A DNA stretch of 58,045 bases. It comes from Candidatus Krumholzibacteriia bacterium (GTDB lineage Bacteria > Krumholzibacteriota > Krumholzibacteriia > LZORAL124-64-63). Below the pieces are notes generated by a model that saw only the letters and a list, made by a program, of their open reading frames with translations, was not told where the DNA came from and did not search any database. Shown here piece by piece: positions 39,020 to 48,355 of this stretch. The position numbers and the translations under genes are program-made. Positions within the stretch are counted from its first letter, which is position 1; every line of letters begins with the position of its first letter. The stretch lies in the NCBI GenBank assembly GCA_046484865.1, contig JAWOID010000132.1, positions 1-58,045 of the forward strand, written 5' to 3'.

Positions 39020-42000
39020 TCACTGCAGGGCGAAGTGCAGGTACGTCCGGATCTCCCACTCCCGCCCCTCGTCCAGCCCCTCCGGATACCGCTCTCGCTC
39101 CTCGGGCGCGGCGATGCCCGCGGGCTGATAGCGGTTCGAGAACCGGTCCAGCGTCCGGTGCGTCCAGCGCACGCCCAGCCGGGTCTGCGGCAGATCGAAC
39201 CACCGCGGCCGGCCCAGGGTGTAGGAGAGGTCCGCCATCACCTGCAGCGGGAAGGTCAGGTTGTGGTCCCAGTGGTAGTCGAACGGGCCGTAGTCGTTGA
39301 ATCGCACGTGGCCTGCCAGCGCCACCGACGGCCAGGCGATCCGGCTCTCCACCCCGACGCGCTCGACCAGGCGCGGGTCGTCGCCTCTGGGCTCGGCGCT
39401 CCCGAAGTAGACGCGGCTGATCATGCGCGTGTTGCGACCGAGCCGGTTGACGATCCGGCAATTCACCTCCCACAGATCTCGCGCCGGGGTCGCGCCCGGG
39501 AAGGCCAGGATGGTGCTCTCTGCGGAGATGAAGAGACCGGCATCGGCGGTCGTGTGGTGACGGATGAAGGCGAGGCCGAGACTGGCGGCGAGGTCGGCAT
39601 CCTCCCGGACGTCGCTGTCCCAGGCCCACATCCAGGTGGCCGGGGTGGGATCGTAGGTGACCATGATCTCGGCGGCCGTGGTCTCGCGATTACCACGCAC
39701 GGCGAACGCGTCGGTCAGGACGTTCCGCGGCCGGCCGGGGGTTCCCGCCAGCCGGTCCGAATGCGGCATGGGACCGACGATCGGCTTCTGCCACAGGACG
39801 TTGGGCCCGACCTGCCAGTGTCCCAGCGTGACCGCCAGCCCCGTGAGGGCGTTGACCTGGTTGCCCGATCCGCTGTCCCGCAGCTGCCAGCCGGTGAAGG
39901 TGGGGATCGAGGTGGGGCCCGCCTCTGCCACCAGCCCCATGTAGGCCCCCTGTCCGTACCAGTTGAAGCGGCCCTTCTGCCAGGTGAGCTTGCCCTTGAA
40001 GCCGAAGGTGTCCTTGTCCTCGACCTGATCCTGGCGGATGTCTTCGGGCAGGACGGGGCCGCTACCTTCGAGGACATCCTCGCTCACCAGCTGGAAGGTC
40101 TCGCCCACGCGGGGTCGACCGGACCAGATGACGCCACCCTCGAATCCGAAGGGGCCGAGGGGGGTCTGCATTCGCAGGGCGGCCTTGCGGGTGGTGCGGG
40201 TCGGGATGGCGATGGAACTGGTCACCTCGCTGCGCTGGGCGAAATCCTCCTGGAAGATGCCGGTCCACACCATGCCTGCGAGTGACCGCTGGTACTTGAC
40301 GAACACCGCCGGGTTGGCGCCCCACCAGAGCTGCGGGCCGAATGCCACCGTCAGCCCGGCGAGATCCTTCTTCCCGTCGATCTCGAACCCGATCGGCGCC
40401 TGGCCGTTGTAGATGTCGAGATTCTCGCCGTAGAAGGCGTCGCGGTAGAGCCCGAAGAAGTCGCCCTCGTACTGCCAGTGCAGGTGGCCGGTGCGGTAGA
40501 ACCCATGCAGATCGAACCACCGGTCGTTCCACAGGACCTCGGCCTGGTACATCTTCACCCGCTCGAGCGACTCGATCTCCACCTCGTCTCCTCCCGTGTC
40601 GACGAGGGAGCGAGACCGGCCGCGGTTCTCGTAGAAGATCTCGTCGATGGGATTCCGCGGGACGTTTCCCAGCACGTTGACGGACATCCGCCCGAGGAGG
40701 GCGTCGGTCGGACTGGCCGTGACATCGAACCAGAACGACTGCAGGTGATCGAAGCCGCGGAAAGCCGGAAACGAGGTCTGCGGAGACTCGCTCGGCGGCG
40801 TGGAGACGTTCTCGCCGCCGGTGCTGAAGGTCTCGAACTCCATGCGCAGCCCGGAGACCCGCACCTTGCCCAGGATATCGGTCCGCAGGGCGGCCGCGTC
40901 GCCGCGCGCCTCCAGCACCGCGGCCATCGGCTCGATGCCGCCGAAGTGGGAGCGGATGGCGGCGAGGTCCGTTCCGGGTGCGTAGGGTTCCAGCTGGAAC
41001 GCCTCGCGCAGGCCGTAGTAGGCCGCGCGCGGGTAGACGTCGTACAGGCCGCGGTGGTCGGGGTAACCCTTGGCGGTGATGCCCCACCACTCCTCGTTCA
41101 TGTTGTTGTCGCCTGGCCGGTAGTCCTCCGGGTAGCCGGCGTTCGGCCAGGAGGCGTTGGTGTCGTGGATGTCGAGGCGGCTGTCCTGACCGAACTTCCA
41201 CCAGCCGTCGCTCCACTGGAAGATGAGCCCGCCGATGGCGTTGCCCACGCGACCCTTGCCTGCCGACTGCTCGTAGATCTCCTGCCACTGGCCAAGCAGA
41301 TAGCGCGCCTGGGTCGCCTGATCCTCACGCATCTCGATGGCATGGAAAGCGTCGGCCCCGAACTCGGTGAAGAGGGCCGGAATGCCGAGCTTCTCCTGCA
41401 CCACCTGAAAGAGATCGCGCGCGGAGATGCCGCGATAGACGTTCGTGCCGAACACGTCCAGGTCCGGACACTCCTCGGCGATCAGATCGATGTACTGCAG
41501 ATCGCCGTTGGCGATGGCCACCGGCCGGTCCGGGTCGCGGCGATGGGTGTCCTCGATGATCTCACCCAACAGCGAGTAGAGATGGCGCGCGCGCGCGGTG
41601 TCCCGTTCGCCTTCCGGCAGCGCCTCGATCTCGAAGGAGGACCAGGACAGGCCGTAGTTGTTCTCGTTGCCCAGCAGCCACATCAGGACCCCCGGGGTCC
41701 CGCGGAACTCATCCACGACGGCGGCGACCTCGTCCTTCAGGATCGTGCGCACGCGGGGATCGCTGTAGTCGGTCACCGGGTGCCACACGCCGTCCACCGT
41801 CAATCCGTAACGCCCGACCGTGGGGTTGAGCACCGTGAAGATGCCGTAGGTCTCGTGGATGTACGCCACCCACCGCGGGGGTATGCCCACGTAGTGCCTG
41901 ATCGCGTTCACGCCCATGTTCCTGAGCAGGGACATCTCCCGGTCGAGGGCGGCCCGGATGATCGCGTCCGGTTCCTCCCACAGGCTGTAGGCGTAGTTCT

Positions 42001-42220
42001 GGCCGATCGGGATGTAGTCCCAGTTCATGCCGAAGACCATGAAATCTCGGCCGTCCACCCGGAGGCGCGAACCGCCGGCTTCGGTCACGATCTCGATCTC
42101 GGACAGGCCGTCGCTGCTCGGCGCGGTCGTGGCGGCGGCCGGCAGCAGGAGGAGGATCAGTGCCAGGACGGGAGCGGCCTGACGGTGCCGGCGGGGCTGG
42201 CCATCACGGGTCGATTGCAC
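39020..42220 (-). CDS. Clan GH-A (GH2 TIM-barrel/GH158-like) glycosidase fused to a long, putatively beta-barrel C-terminal region
   Basis: Signal peptide, GNENNYG, TEFGAD, FQWSDGWWK and NEEWWG. About 600 C-terminal residues of amphipathic strands end in WEIRTYLHFALQ. Confidence 0.75.
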   Translation of the reverse strand: MQSTRDGQPRRHRQAAPVLALILLLLPAAATTAPSSDGLSEIEIVTEAGGSRLRVDGRDFMVFGMNWDYIPIGQNYAYSLWEEPDAIIRAALDREMSLLRNMGVNAIRHYVGIPPRWVAYIHETYGIFTVLNPTVGRYGLTVDGVWHPVTDYSDPRVRTILKDEVAAVVDEFRGTPGVLMWLLGNENNYGLSWSSFEIEALPEGERDTARARHLYSLLGEIIEDTHRRDPDRPVAIANGDLQYIDLIAEECPDLDVFGTNVYRGISARDLFQVVQEKLGIPALFTEFGADAFHAIEMREDQATQARYLLGQWQEIYEQSAGKGRVGNAIGGLIFQWSDGWWKFGQDSRLDIHDTNASWPNAGYPEDYRPGDNNMNEEWWGITAKGYPDHRGLYDVYPRAAYYGLREAFQLEPYAPGTDLAAIRSHFGGIEPMAAVLEARGDAAALRTDILGKVRVSGLRMEFETFSTGGENVSTPPSESPQTSFPAFRGFDHLQSFWFDVTASPTDALLGRMSVNVLGNVPRNPIDEIFYENRGRSRSLVDTGGDEVEIESLERVKMYQAEVLWNDRWFDLHGFYRTGHLHWQYEGDFFGLYRDAFYGENLDIYNGQAPIGFEIDGKKDLAGLTVAFGPQLWWGANPAVFVKYQRSLAGMVWTGIFQEDFAQRSEVTSSIAIPTRTTRKAALRMQTPLGPFGFEGGVIWSGRPRVGETFQLVSEDVLEGSGPVLPEDIRQDQVEDKDTFGFKGKLTWQKGRFNWYGQGAYMGLVAEAGPTSIPTFTGWQLRDSGSGNQVNALTGLAVTLGHWQVGPNVLWQKPIVGPMPHSDRLAGTPGRPRNVLTDAFAVRGNRETTAAEIMVTYDPTPATWMWAWDSDVREDADLAASLGLAFIRHHTTADAGLFISAESTILAFPGATPARDLWEVNCRIVNRLGRNTRMISRVYFGSAEPRGDDPRLVERVGVESRIAWPSVALAGHVRFNDYGPFDYHWDHNLTFPLQVMADLSYTLGRPRWFDLPQTRLGVRWTHRTLDRFSNRYQPAGIAAPEERERYPEGLDEGREWEIRTYLHFALQ

Positions 42221-43610
42221 GGGACTCTCCTCGGCTGGAAGGCGTGGGAGCATCGACGACGGCGTTGGCGGCAACGACGTCACGATACCAGGTGGCGCTG
42301 GCCTTGCGGGTACGCTGCCGCGTCTCGCGATCGACGGCGAAGAGGCCGAAGCGCTTCTCGTACCCGTGCGACCATTCGAAGTTGTCCAGCAGGGACCAGA
42401 GGAAGTAGCTGCGCACGGGGACGCCGGCGGCGATGGCGCGGCGGACCGCCAGCAGGTGGTCGCGCACGTAGGCGATCCTCGCGTGATCCTCGATGCTGCC
42501 GTCATCGTCCGGTGGCGGATCGTCATACGCCGCTCCGTTCTCGGTGATGTCGATCCTGGCGGGCCGGTACTCGAGGTGGATCCGCCGCAGGCTCGCGAAC
42601 AGGCCCTCGGGAAACACCTCCCAGCCCATCGCGGTGAGGTCGGGCGCGGGCGCCGGCTTCACTGCCGTGGGCCGTCCATCCGGGCCGGCACGCATGATCA
42701 CCCGGCTGTAGTAGTTCAGTCCCAGGAAGTCGAGGGGAGAAGCGATGGCGGCGAGATCCCCGTTCTGCACGAAGGGCGGCTCGGGGCCCTCGAGGTGCCC
42801 GCGGGCGATCCGGTCGGCGACGGCGTCGGCGGGATAGGAGCCGCGGAACACCGGGTCGAGGTACCACCGGTTGAAGAAGCCGTCGAACCAGCGGGCCGCC
42901 TCTCGGTCGGCCTCGCTGTCGGTGGCCGGATAGGCCGGAGTGTGGATCAGCACGATGCCCACCTCGGCCGCGGGCACGTCTCGTCGGATCGCCCCGGCCG
43001 CCCAGCCGTGAGACAGAAGGAGATGGTGAGCGACCCGCAGCGCCTCGGCCGGGTCACGGTGGCCGGGTGCGTGCTGGCCCTCCTCGTGGCCGAGGGTGGC
43101 GACGCACCACGGTTCGTTGTGGGTCGTCCAGTGGCGGACCCGATCGCCCAGGCGCCGGGTCACCGCGACGCAGTAGTCGACGAAGGCCTCGGCGGTGTCG
43201 CGGGAGGCCCAGCCGCCCCGATCCTGGAGCGCCTGGGGAAGATCCCAGTGGTACAGGGTGGGGAAGGGCTCGATGCCGGCTCCGAGCAGGTCGTCCACCA
43301 GAGCGTCGTAGAAGTCGAGCCCGTCGGCGCTGACCGCGCCGATGCCGTCCGGGACGACACGCGGCCAGGCGATGGAGAAGCGGTAGGTGTCGAGGCCGAG
43401 CCAGGCCATCAGCCCGACGTCGTCGCGGCGGCGGTGATAGTGATCGCAGGCGACGGACGGGCTCGAGCCGTCGCCGATCGTGCCGGGTCCGGCGGCGAAT
43501 CGATCCCAGATCGACTCTCCCCGGCCGGCCTCGTCGCGAGCGCCCTCGATCTGCGCCGCGGACGTGGCGACGCCCCACCGGAAGCCTTCAGGGAAGCTGT
43601 GTCGCGGCAT
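42204..43610 (-). CDS. GH1 beta-glucosidase
   Basis: Motifs WGVATSAAQIEG, YRFSIAWPR, HNEPW, ITENG and DNFEW. Confidence 0.95.
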   Translation of the reverse strand: MPRHSFPEGFRWGVATSAAQIEGARDEAGRGESIWDRFAAGPGTIGDGSSPSVACDHYHRRRDDVGLMAWLGLDTYRFSIAWPRVVPDGIGAVSADGLDFYDALVDDLLGAGIEPFPTLYHWDLPQALQDRGGWASRDTAEAFVDYCVAVTRRLGDRVRHWTTHNEPWCVATLGHEEGQHAPGHRDPAEALRVAHHLLLSHGWAAGAIRRDVPAAEVGIVLIHTPAYPATDSEADREAARWFDGFFNRWYLDPVFRGSYPADAVADRIARGHLEGPEPPFVQNGDLAAIASPLDFLGLNYYSRVIMRAGPDGRPTAVKPAPAPDLTAMGWEVFPEGLFASLRRIHLEYRPARIDITENGAAYDDPPPDDDGSIEDHARIAYVRDHLLAVRRAIAAGVPVRSYFLWSLLDNFEWSHGYEKRFGLFAVDRETRQRTRKASATWYRDVVAANAVVDAPTPSSRGESRAIDP

Positions 43611-43657
43611 GAGGCGTCGATCCCTCGGACGAGCCGGTCGCGCGTTCCTCGAAAAAA

Positions 43658-43682
43658 CCTTTGTTCGGGCTCCGAACATAGT
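43658..43682. promoter_or_regulatory. Putative ROK operator 3 (divergent promoter)
   Basis: CCTTTGTTCGGGCTCCGAACATAGT, with a minus-strand TTGACA at 43701-43706. Confidence 0.75.
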
Positions 43683-43739
43683 GTATGATGTTCATGGCCC
43701 TGTCAAGAGGCGCTTCTTCTTTCCAACGGGAGGTCTCCC

Positions 43740-44711
43740 ATGCACAATCGAGCGACTGCTGGCTTCGCGGTCGTCGTGCTGGCCTGCTTGATTCCTGCAA
43801 CAGGCCTCGCGGTCGAGCCCTATAGCCAGACCTTCGAGGGCCTGTCCCAGACGGACCCCAGCGCACTGGCCGACGATGGATGGCTGGTCTTCGGCAACGT
43901 CTTCACTGCGGGAGGCACGTTTCTCTACGGTTACGGGTCGTTCCCGGCTCCCAACGACGGTCTCGCCTTCTGCCGGATCGTCATCGGCGAGGGCGGCGTG
44001 GAGCAAGGTGCACAGCAGCTCGTCGTCTTCAGCGACTACGAAAACGCCGACCACGCCGCCGGCAACATCATCGAGTCGAACGTCTTCCAGGAACAGGTGG
44101 TCGGGACGGTCGACGTGGGCACCACCTGGCGCTTCGAGTTCGAGGCGAAGCTCGGCAACCTGGAAGGAAGCTCGACCGCGCTGGCGTTCATCAAGACGCT
44201 GGATCCCAGCAGCGGCTGGGCTCTGACCAATCTCATCACGGCGGACATGACGGCCATTCCGGAGACCTGGAACACCTACTCTCTGGAGCTTCCGATCGAC
44301 GAGAGTCTGGAAGGGCAGATCCTGCAGTTCGGCTTCCTGAACAACGCGACCAGCTACGAGGGGTCGGGGATCTTCTACGACAACCTCGCTTTCTACAAGG
44401 TCGACCAGACCGGCGTGCCCCCGAGCGCGACGGTCGGAGCGAGTCTGCGCCAGAATTACCCGAACCCCTTCAACCCGTCGACCCGGATCGATTTCGTTCT
44501 GGACCGTCCCGGAGTGGTCACCGTCTCGGTGCTCGATCTCGCCGGTCGCAGGGTCGCCACCCTGGTCGAGGGTGAACTCGTCGCCGGCGAACACCACGTG
44601 ACCTGGAACGGCAGGACCGACAGCGGCAGAGCCGTTTCCGCGGGGCAGTACCGGTACGTGCTGAGGACCGGCACCGGCCAGACGTCCCGGAGCATGGTCC
44701 TGGTCAAGTAG
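43740..44711 (+). CDS. Secreted CBM-like protein with FlgD-Ig/T9SS-like CTD
   Basis: Signal peptide, YSQTFE...FYDNL beta-sandwich, and QNYPNPFNP tail. Paralogue of 48356..49075. Confidence 0.78.
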   Translation: MHNRATAGFAVVVLACLIPATGLAVEPYSQTFEGLSQTDPSALADDGWLVFGNVFTAGGTFLYGYGSFPAPNDGLAFCRIVIGEGGVEQGAQQLVVFSDYENADHAAGNIIESNVFQEQVVGTVDVGTTWRFEFEAKLGNLEGSSTALAFIKTLDPSSGWALTNLITADMTAIPETWNTYSLELPIDESLEGQILQFGFLNNATSYEGSGIFYDNLAFYKVDQTGVPPSATVGASLRQNYPNPFNPSTRIDFVLDRPGVVTVSVLDLAGRRVATLVEGELVAGEHHVTWNGRTDSGRAVSAGQYRYVLRTGTGQTSRSMVLVK

Positions 44712-44717
44712 CTTCTT

Positions 44718-44748
44718 CTCTCCGGGGCCGAAGACCTCGGCCCCAGAG
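44718..44748 (+). terminator. Intergenic hairpin (terminator or mRNA-stabilising stem)
   Basis: ctctccggggccga-agacc-tcggccccagag. Confidence 0.45.
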
Positions 44749-44759
44749 GAAATGATCAC

Positions 44760-47700
44760 ATGGCAGGTAAGTCGACACCCGCACCCGGCCGGTCGCTCAC
44801 GGAACCCGCATCCGTGTCACCGGCCGGCCGCTTCGTGGTCCGGGAAGGGGATCTCCACTACCGCATCTCGGCCTATCATCGTCTCGATCCTTTCCTGGTG
44901 ACCGTGGCCAGCGACACCGACCTGTGGATGTTCATCGCCTCCGGCGGCGGACTCACGGCAGGCCGCGTCGATCCGGATGGCAGCCTCTTCCCCTACGAGA
45001 CCGTGGACCGGTTGCACGACGCCCACCATCACACCGGACCTGTGACCTCGATCCGCATCGAACGCGGGACCGAACCGCCCGTGCTCTGGCGGCCTCTGAC
45101 CGGAACGGTCGCCGACAGGACCGCGGTCGAACGCAACCTCGAGAAGAGCGTCACCGGCAACAGCCTCGTCTTCGAGGAGATCGACCACGACCTCGGACTC
45201 GCCTTCCGCTACCGCTGGTCAGGGTGCGACGAGTTCGGCTGGGTGCGGTCGGCGACGCTGGAGAACCGGACGACGGCGACCCTCCGGCTGAGCCTGCTGG
45301 ACGGCCTGCGCAACGTTCTGCCCCACGGCGCACCACTCGAACTGTACCAGCAGTCGAGCAATCTCGTGGACGCCTACAAGTCGTCGCAGGTGGATCCCGA
45401 GACCGGGCTCGGCATCTTCTCCCTCACCGCCGGCATCACCGACCGGGCGGAGGCGATCGAGATCCTGCGGGCCAACACCGTCTGGTGCTGCGGTCTGGAC
45501 GACTTCCGGGTGCATCTGTCCCACGCTGCGATCGATGCCTTCGGCAACGGTCGGGTGCTCGCCCCCGAGAGGGTTCTCAACGGAGCCCGGGGCAACTATC
45601 TGGTGAGCTGTGATCTCGATCTCGAGCCGGGTGGATCGGTGCAGTGGCACCTGGTCGCAGACGTCGGCCGGGACCATGTCCAGATCGTCGATCTGCGCCG
45701 GCGGATCCTCCAGGACGACGCGCTGGCCGACCGGATCGACGACAGCCTCCGACGGGCCGGCGAGAACCTGCGACGCTACGTGGCGAGCGCCGACGGACTC
45801 CAGCTGTCCGGCCGCACCGAGTCGTGGACCCACCATTTCGCGAACGTCCTGTTCAACACCATGCGTGGCGGCGTCTTCGACCGGAACCACGACGTGCCGG
45901 TCGCCGACTTCATCAGGTTCGTCCGCGCGTGGAATCGCGATGTCGCCGAACGCCACCGGACCCGGCTCGCCGAACTGCCCGGCACCGTGACCGTCCAGGA
46001 ACTCCGGCGGTTCGGGCGCGACGCCGGCGATCCCGACCTCGAACGCCTCTGCCACGAGTACCTTCCGCTCCACTTCGGCCGGCGCCATGGCGATCCCAGC
46101 CGGCCCTGGAACCGCTTCTCGATCCGCGCCCGCGACCGGAACGGCGAACGTGAGCTGAACTACGAGGGCAACTGGCGGGACATCTTCCAGAACTGGGAGG
46201 CCTTGGGGGCGGCTTTTCCCGGCTTCCTGCCGAGCATCGTCGCCAAGTTCGTCGACGCGTCGACCGTGGACGGCTTCAATCCCTACCGGATCACGCGTGA
46301 CGGGGTGGACTGGGAGGTGCCTTCTCGCGACGATCCCTGGAGCAACATCGGGTACTGGGGCGATCACCAGATCGTGTACCTGCTGAGACTTCTGGAGGCG
46401 CTGAACAGCCACGATCCGACGGCCCTCGGGGCGATGCTCGACACCGAGATCTTCAGCTACGCCGAGGTACCGTACCGTCTGAAGCCCCATGCGGACATCG
46501 TCCGCGACCCCGGCACGACGATCGACTTCGACGAGGCGCGCGCGGTGCGCATCGAAGCGAGGGTCGCGAATGTCGGTTGCGACGGCAAGCTGCTGACCGG
46601 ATCGGACGGATCCGTCTACCACGTCAACCTCCTCGAGAAGCTGCTCGTCCCCTTGCTGTCCAAGCTGTCGAACCTGGTTCCCGACGCCGGCATCTGGATG
46701 AACACCCAGCGGCCCGAATGGAACGACGCGAACAATGCACTCGGCGGCGGTGGCATCTCGGTCGTCACGCTCTGCCATCTGCGGCGGTACGTGGCGTTCC
46801 TCGCCGACCTGAGCGGCCGGACGAGCACCACGCAGGCGAGCCTGTCCCGGGAGGTCGCCGACTGGCTCGGCGGCGTCGAATCCGCGCTCACGGCCGGTCG
46901 GGGCCTGCTGGTGGGGACCGAACTGGATGCCAGGGATCGGAAGCGGTTGCTCGATGCGCTGGGGGGAGTCTTCTCCGTCTACCGCGAGACGGTCTACGCA
47001 CGGGGATTCTCGGGCCGGACCAGTGTCCCGGTCAGCCGAATCGCCGCTCTCTGCCGCGTCGCCCTCGAGTACATCGACTGGGGGATCGCCGCCAACCGGC
47101 GCGCGGACGGACTCTACCACACCTACAACCGGCTGGAGATCACCGCGGACGGGTCCGCGGCGGACGTGGTTCGTCTGCCCTGCATGCTCGAAGGCCAGGT
47201 CGCGGTGCTCAGCACGGGGATCCTCGAGCCGGCGGAGGCGCTGGCGGTCCTCGAGCGGCTCTTCGCGAGCGACCTGTACCGTCCCGATCAACGCAGTTTC
47301 ATGCTCTACCCCGACCGGGAATTGCCGGGCTTCCTGAACCGGAACCAGGTCCCCGCGTCCAGGGCGGCGGCCATCCCCCTGCTGCGGGATCTGCTGGCGG
47401 CCGGTGACGGCGCGTTGCTGGCCCGCGATGCCGACGGGGTGCTGCGCTTCCATGGCGACCTCGGGCACGAGCGGGATCTCGATGGAGTCCTCGACCGGCT
47501 CGGTGAAGAGGCGGAATGGTCGGAAGCGGTCGCGAGAGACCGGGCCGCCGTCCGCGACCTGTTCGAGGACGTCTTCGACCATCGCTCCTACACGGGCCGC
47601 TCCGGTGTCATGTACGGATACGAAGGGCTTGGCTGCATCTACTGGCACATGGTGGCCAAGCTGCTGCTGGCGGTCCAGGAGACCGTCCTGCGCGCCGATC

Positions 47701-48251
47701 GCGAAGGCCGGCCGACGGTCGTGCGCGACGGCCTCGTCAGGATGTACTTCCGGGTCCGGGCCGGTCTAGGTTACGAGAAGACAGTGGTGGAGTTCGGCGC
47801 CTTTCCCACCGATCCGTATTCGCATACCCCCCGGGGCGGCGGGGCGAAGCAGCCCGGCATGACCGGACAGGTGAAGGAGGAGATCCTCACCCGGCTCGGG
47901 GAACTCGGCGTCCGCATCGAGGGGGGCACGGTGTGTTTTCGGCCCGTGCTCCTGCGTGCCGGCGAGTTTCTGGACCGGCCGGCGGAGTTCCGCTACCACG
48001 ATGTCGGCGGGACGGATCGACGCATCTCGGTACCGGCGAACAGTCTCGCCTTCACTCTCTGCCAGGTGCCGGTGATCTACAGCCTGGTCGGCACCGGTAA
48101 GAGGCTGCTCGTCACCTTCGCGGACGGATCGGTGACCGAGCAGCCCGGCGATGTGCTCGATGCCCGCCTGAGCGCAGAGCTCTTCTCACGCAGCGGTCGG
48201 ATCCGGCTCATCCGGCTCGAACTCGCGAGGGATGCGGTCCTGCCCTGGTGA
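44760..48251 (+). CDS. Beta-1,3-glucan phosphorylase, GH149-like
   Basis: About 1160 aa with no signal peptide. Motifs RRHGDPSRPWN, YEGNWRDIFQNWEAL, IGYWGDHQ, RPEWNDANNAL, YEGLGCIYWHM and PGMTGQVKE, in a laminarin context. Confidence 0.8.
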   Translation: MAGKSTPAPGRSLTEPASVSPAGRFVVREGDLHYRISAYHRLDPFLVTVASDTDLWMFIASGGGLTAGRVDPDGSLFPYETVDRLHDAHHHTGPVTSIRIERGTEPPVLWRPLTGTVADRTAVERNLEKSVTGNSLVFEEIDHDLGLAFRYRWSGCDEFGWVRSATLENRTTATLRLSLLDGLRNVLPHGAPLELYQQSSNLVDAYKSSQVDPETGLGIFSLTAGITDRAEAIEILRANTVWCCGLDDFRVHLSHAAIDAFGNGRVLAPERVLNGARGNYLVSCDLDLEPGGSVQWHLVADVGRDHVQIVDLRRRILQDDALADRIDDSLRRAGENLRRYVASADGLQLSGRTESWTHHFANVLFNTMRGGVFDRNHDVPVADFIRFVRAWNRDVAERHRTRLAELPGTVTVQELRRFGRDAGDPDLERLCHEYLPLHFGRRHGDPSRPWNRFSIRARDRNGERELNYEGNWRDIFQNWEALGAAFPGFLPSIVAKFVDASTVDGFNPYRITRDGVDWEVPSRDDPWSNIGYWGDHQIVYLLRLLEALNSHDPTALGAMLDTEIFSYAEVPYRLKPHADIVRDPGTTIDFDEARAVRIEARVANVGCDGKLLTGSDGSVYHVNLLEKLLVPLLSKLSNLVPDAGIWMNTQRPEWNDANNALGGGGISVVTLCHLRRYVAFLADLSGRTSTTQASLSREVADWLGGVESALTAGRGLLVGTELDARDRKRLLDALGGVFSVYRETVYARGFSGRTSVPVSRIAALCRVALEYIDWGIAANRRADGLYHTYNRLEITADGSAADVVRLPCMLEGQVAVLSTGILEPAEALAVLERLFASDLYRPDQRSFMLYPDRELPGFLNRNQVPASRAAAIPLLRDLLAAGDGALLARDADGVLRFHGDLGHERDLDGVLDRLGEEAEWSEAVARDRAAVRDLFEDVFDHRSYTGRSGVMYGYEGLGCIYWHMVAKLLLAVQETVLRADREGRPTVVRDGLVRMYFRVRAGLGYEKTVVEFGAFPTDPYSHTPRGGGAKQPGMTGQVKEEILTRLGELGVRIEGGTVCFRPVLLRAGEFLDRPAEFRYHDVGGTDRRISVPANSLAFTLCQVPVIYSLVGTGKRLLVTFADGSVTEQPGDVLDARLSAELFSRSGRIRLIRLELARDAVLPW

Positions 48252-48305
48252 TCGCGCCGGTGCGCGGGGAGCGCGGCTGGCGGAGACGTGTTCGCGGACA
48301 CGACG

Positions 48306-48334
48306 GACGGGGCCCGGCAATGCCGGGCCCCGTC
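48306..48334. terminator. Perfect 14-bp inverted repeat between convergent genes
   Basis: gacggggcccggca-a-tgccgggccccgtc. Confidence 0.7.
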
Positions 48335-48355
48335 GTCGAGAACGAGCTGTTTCGG

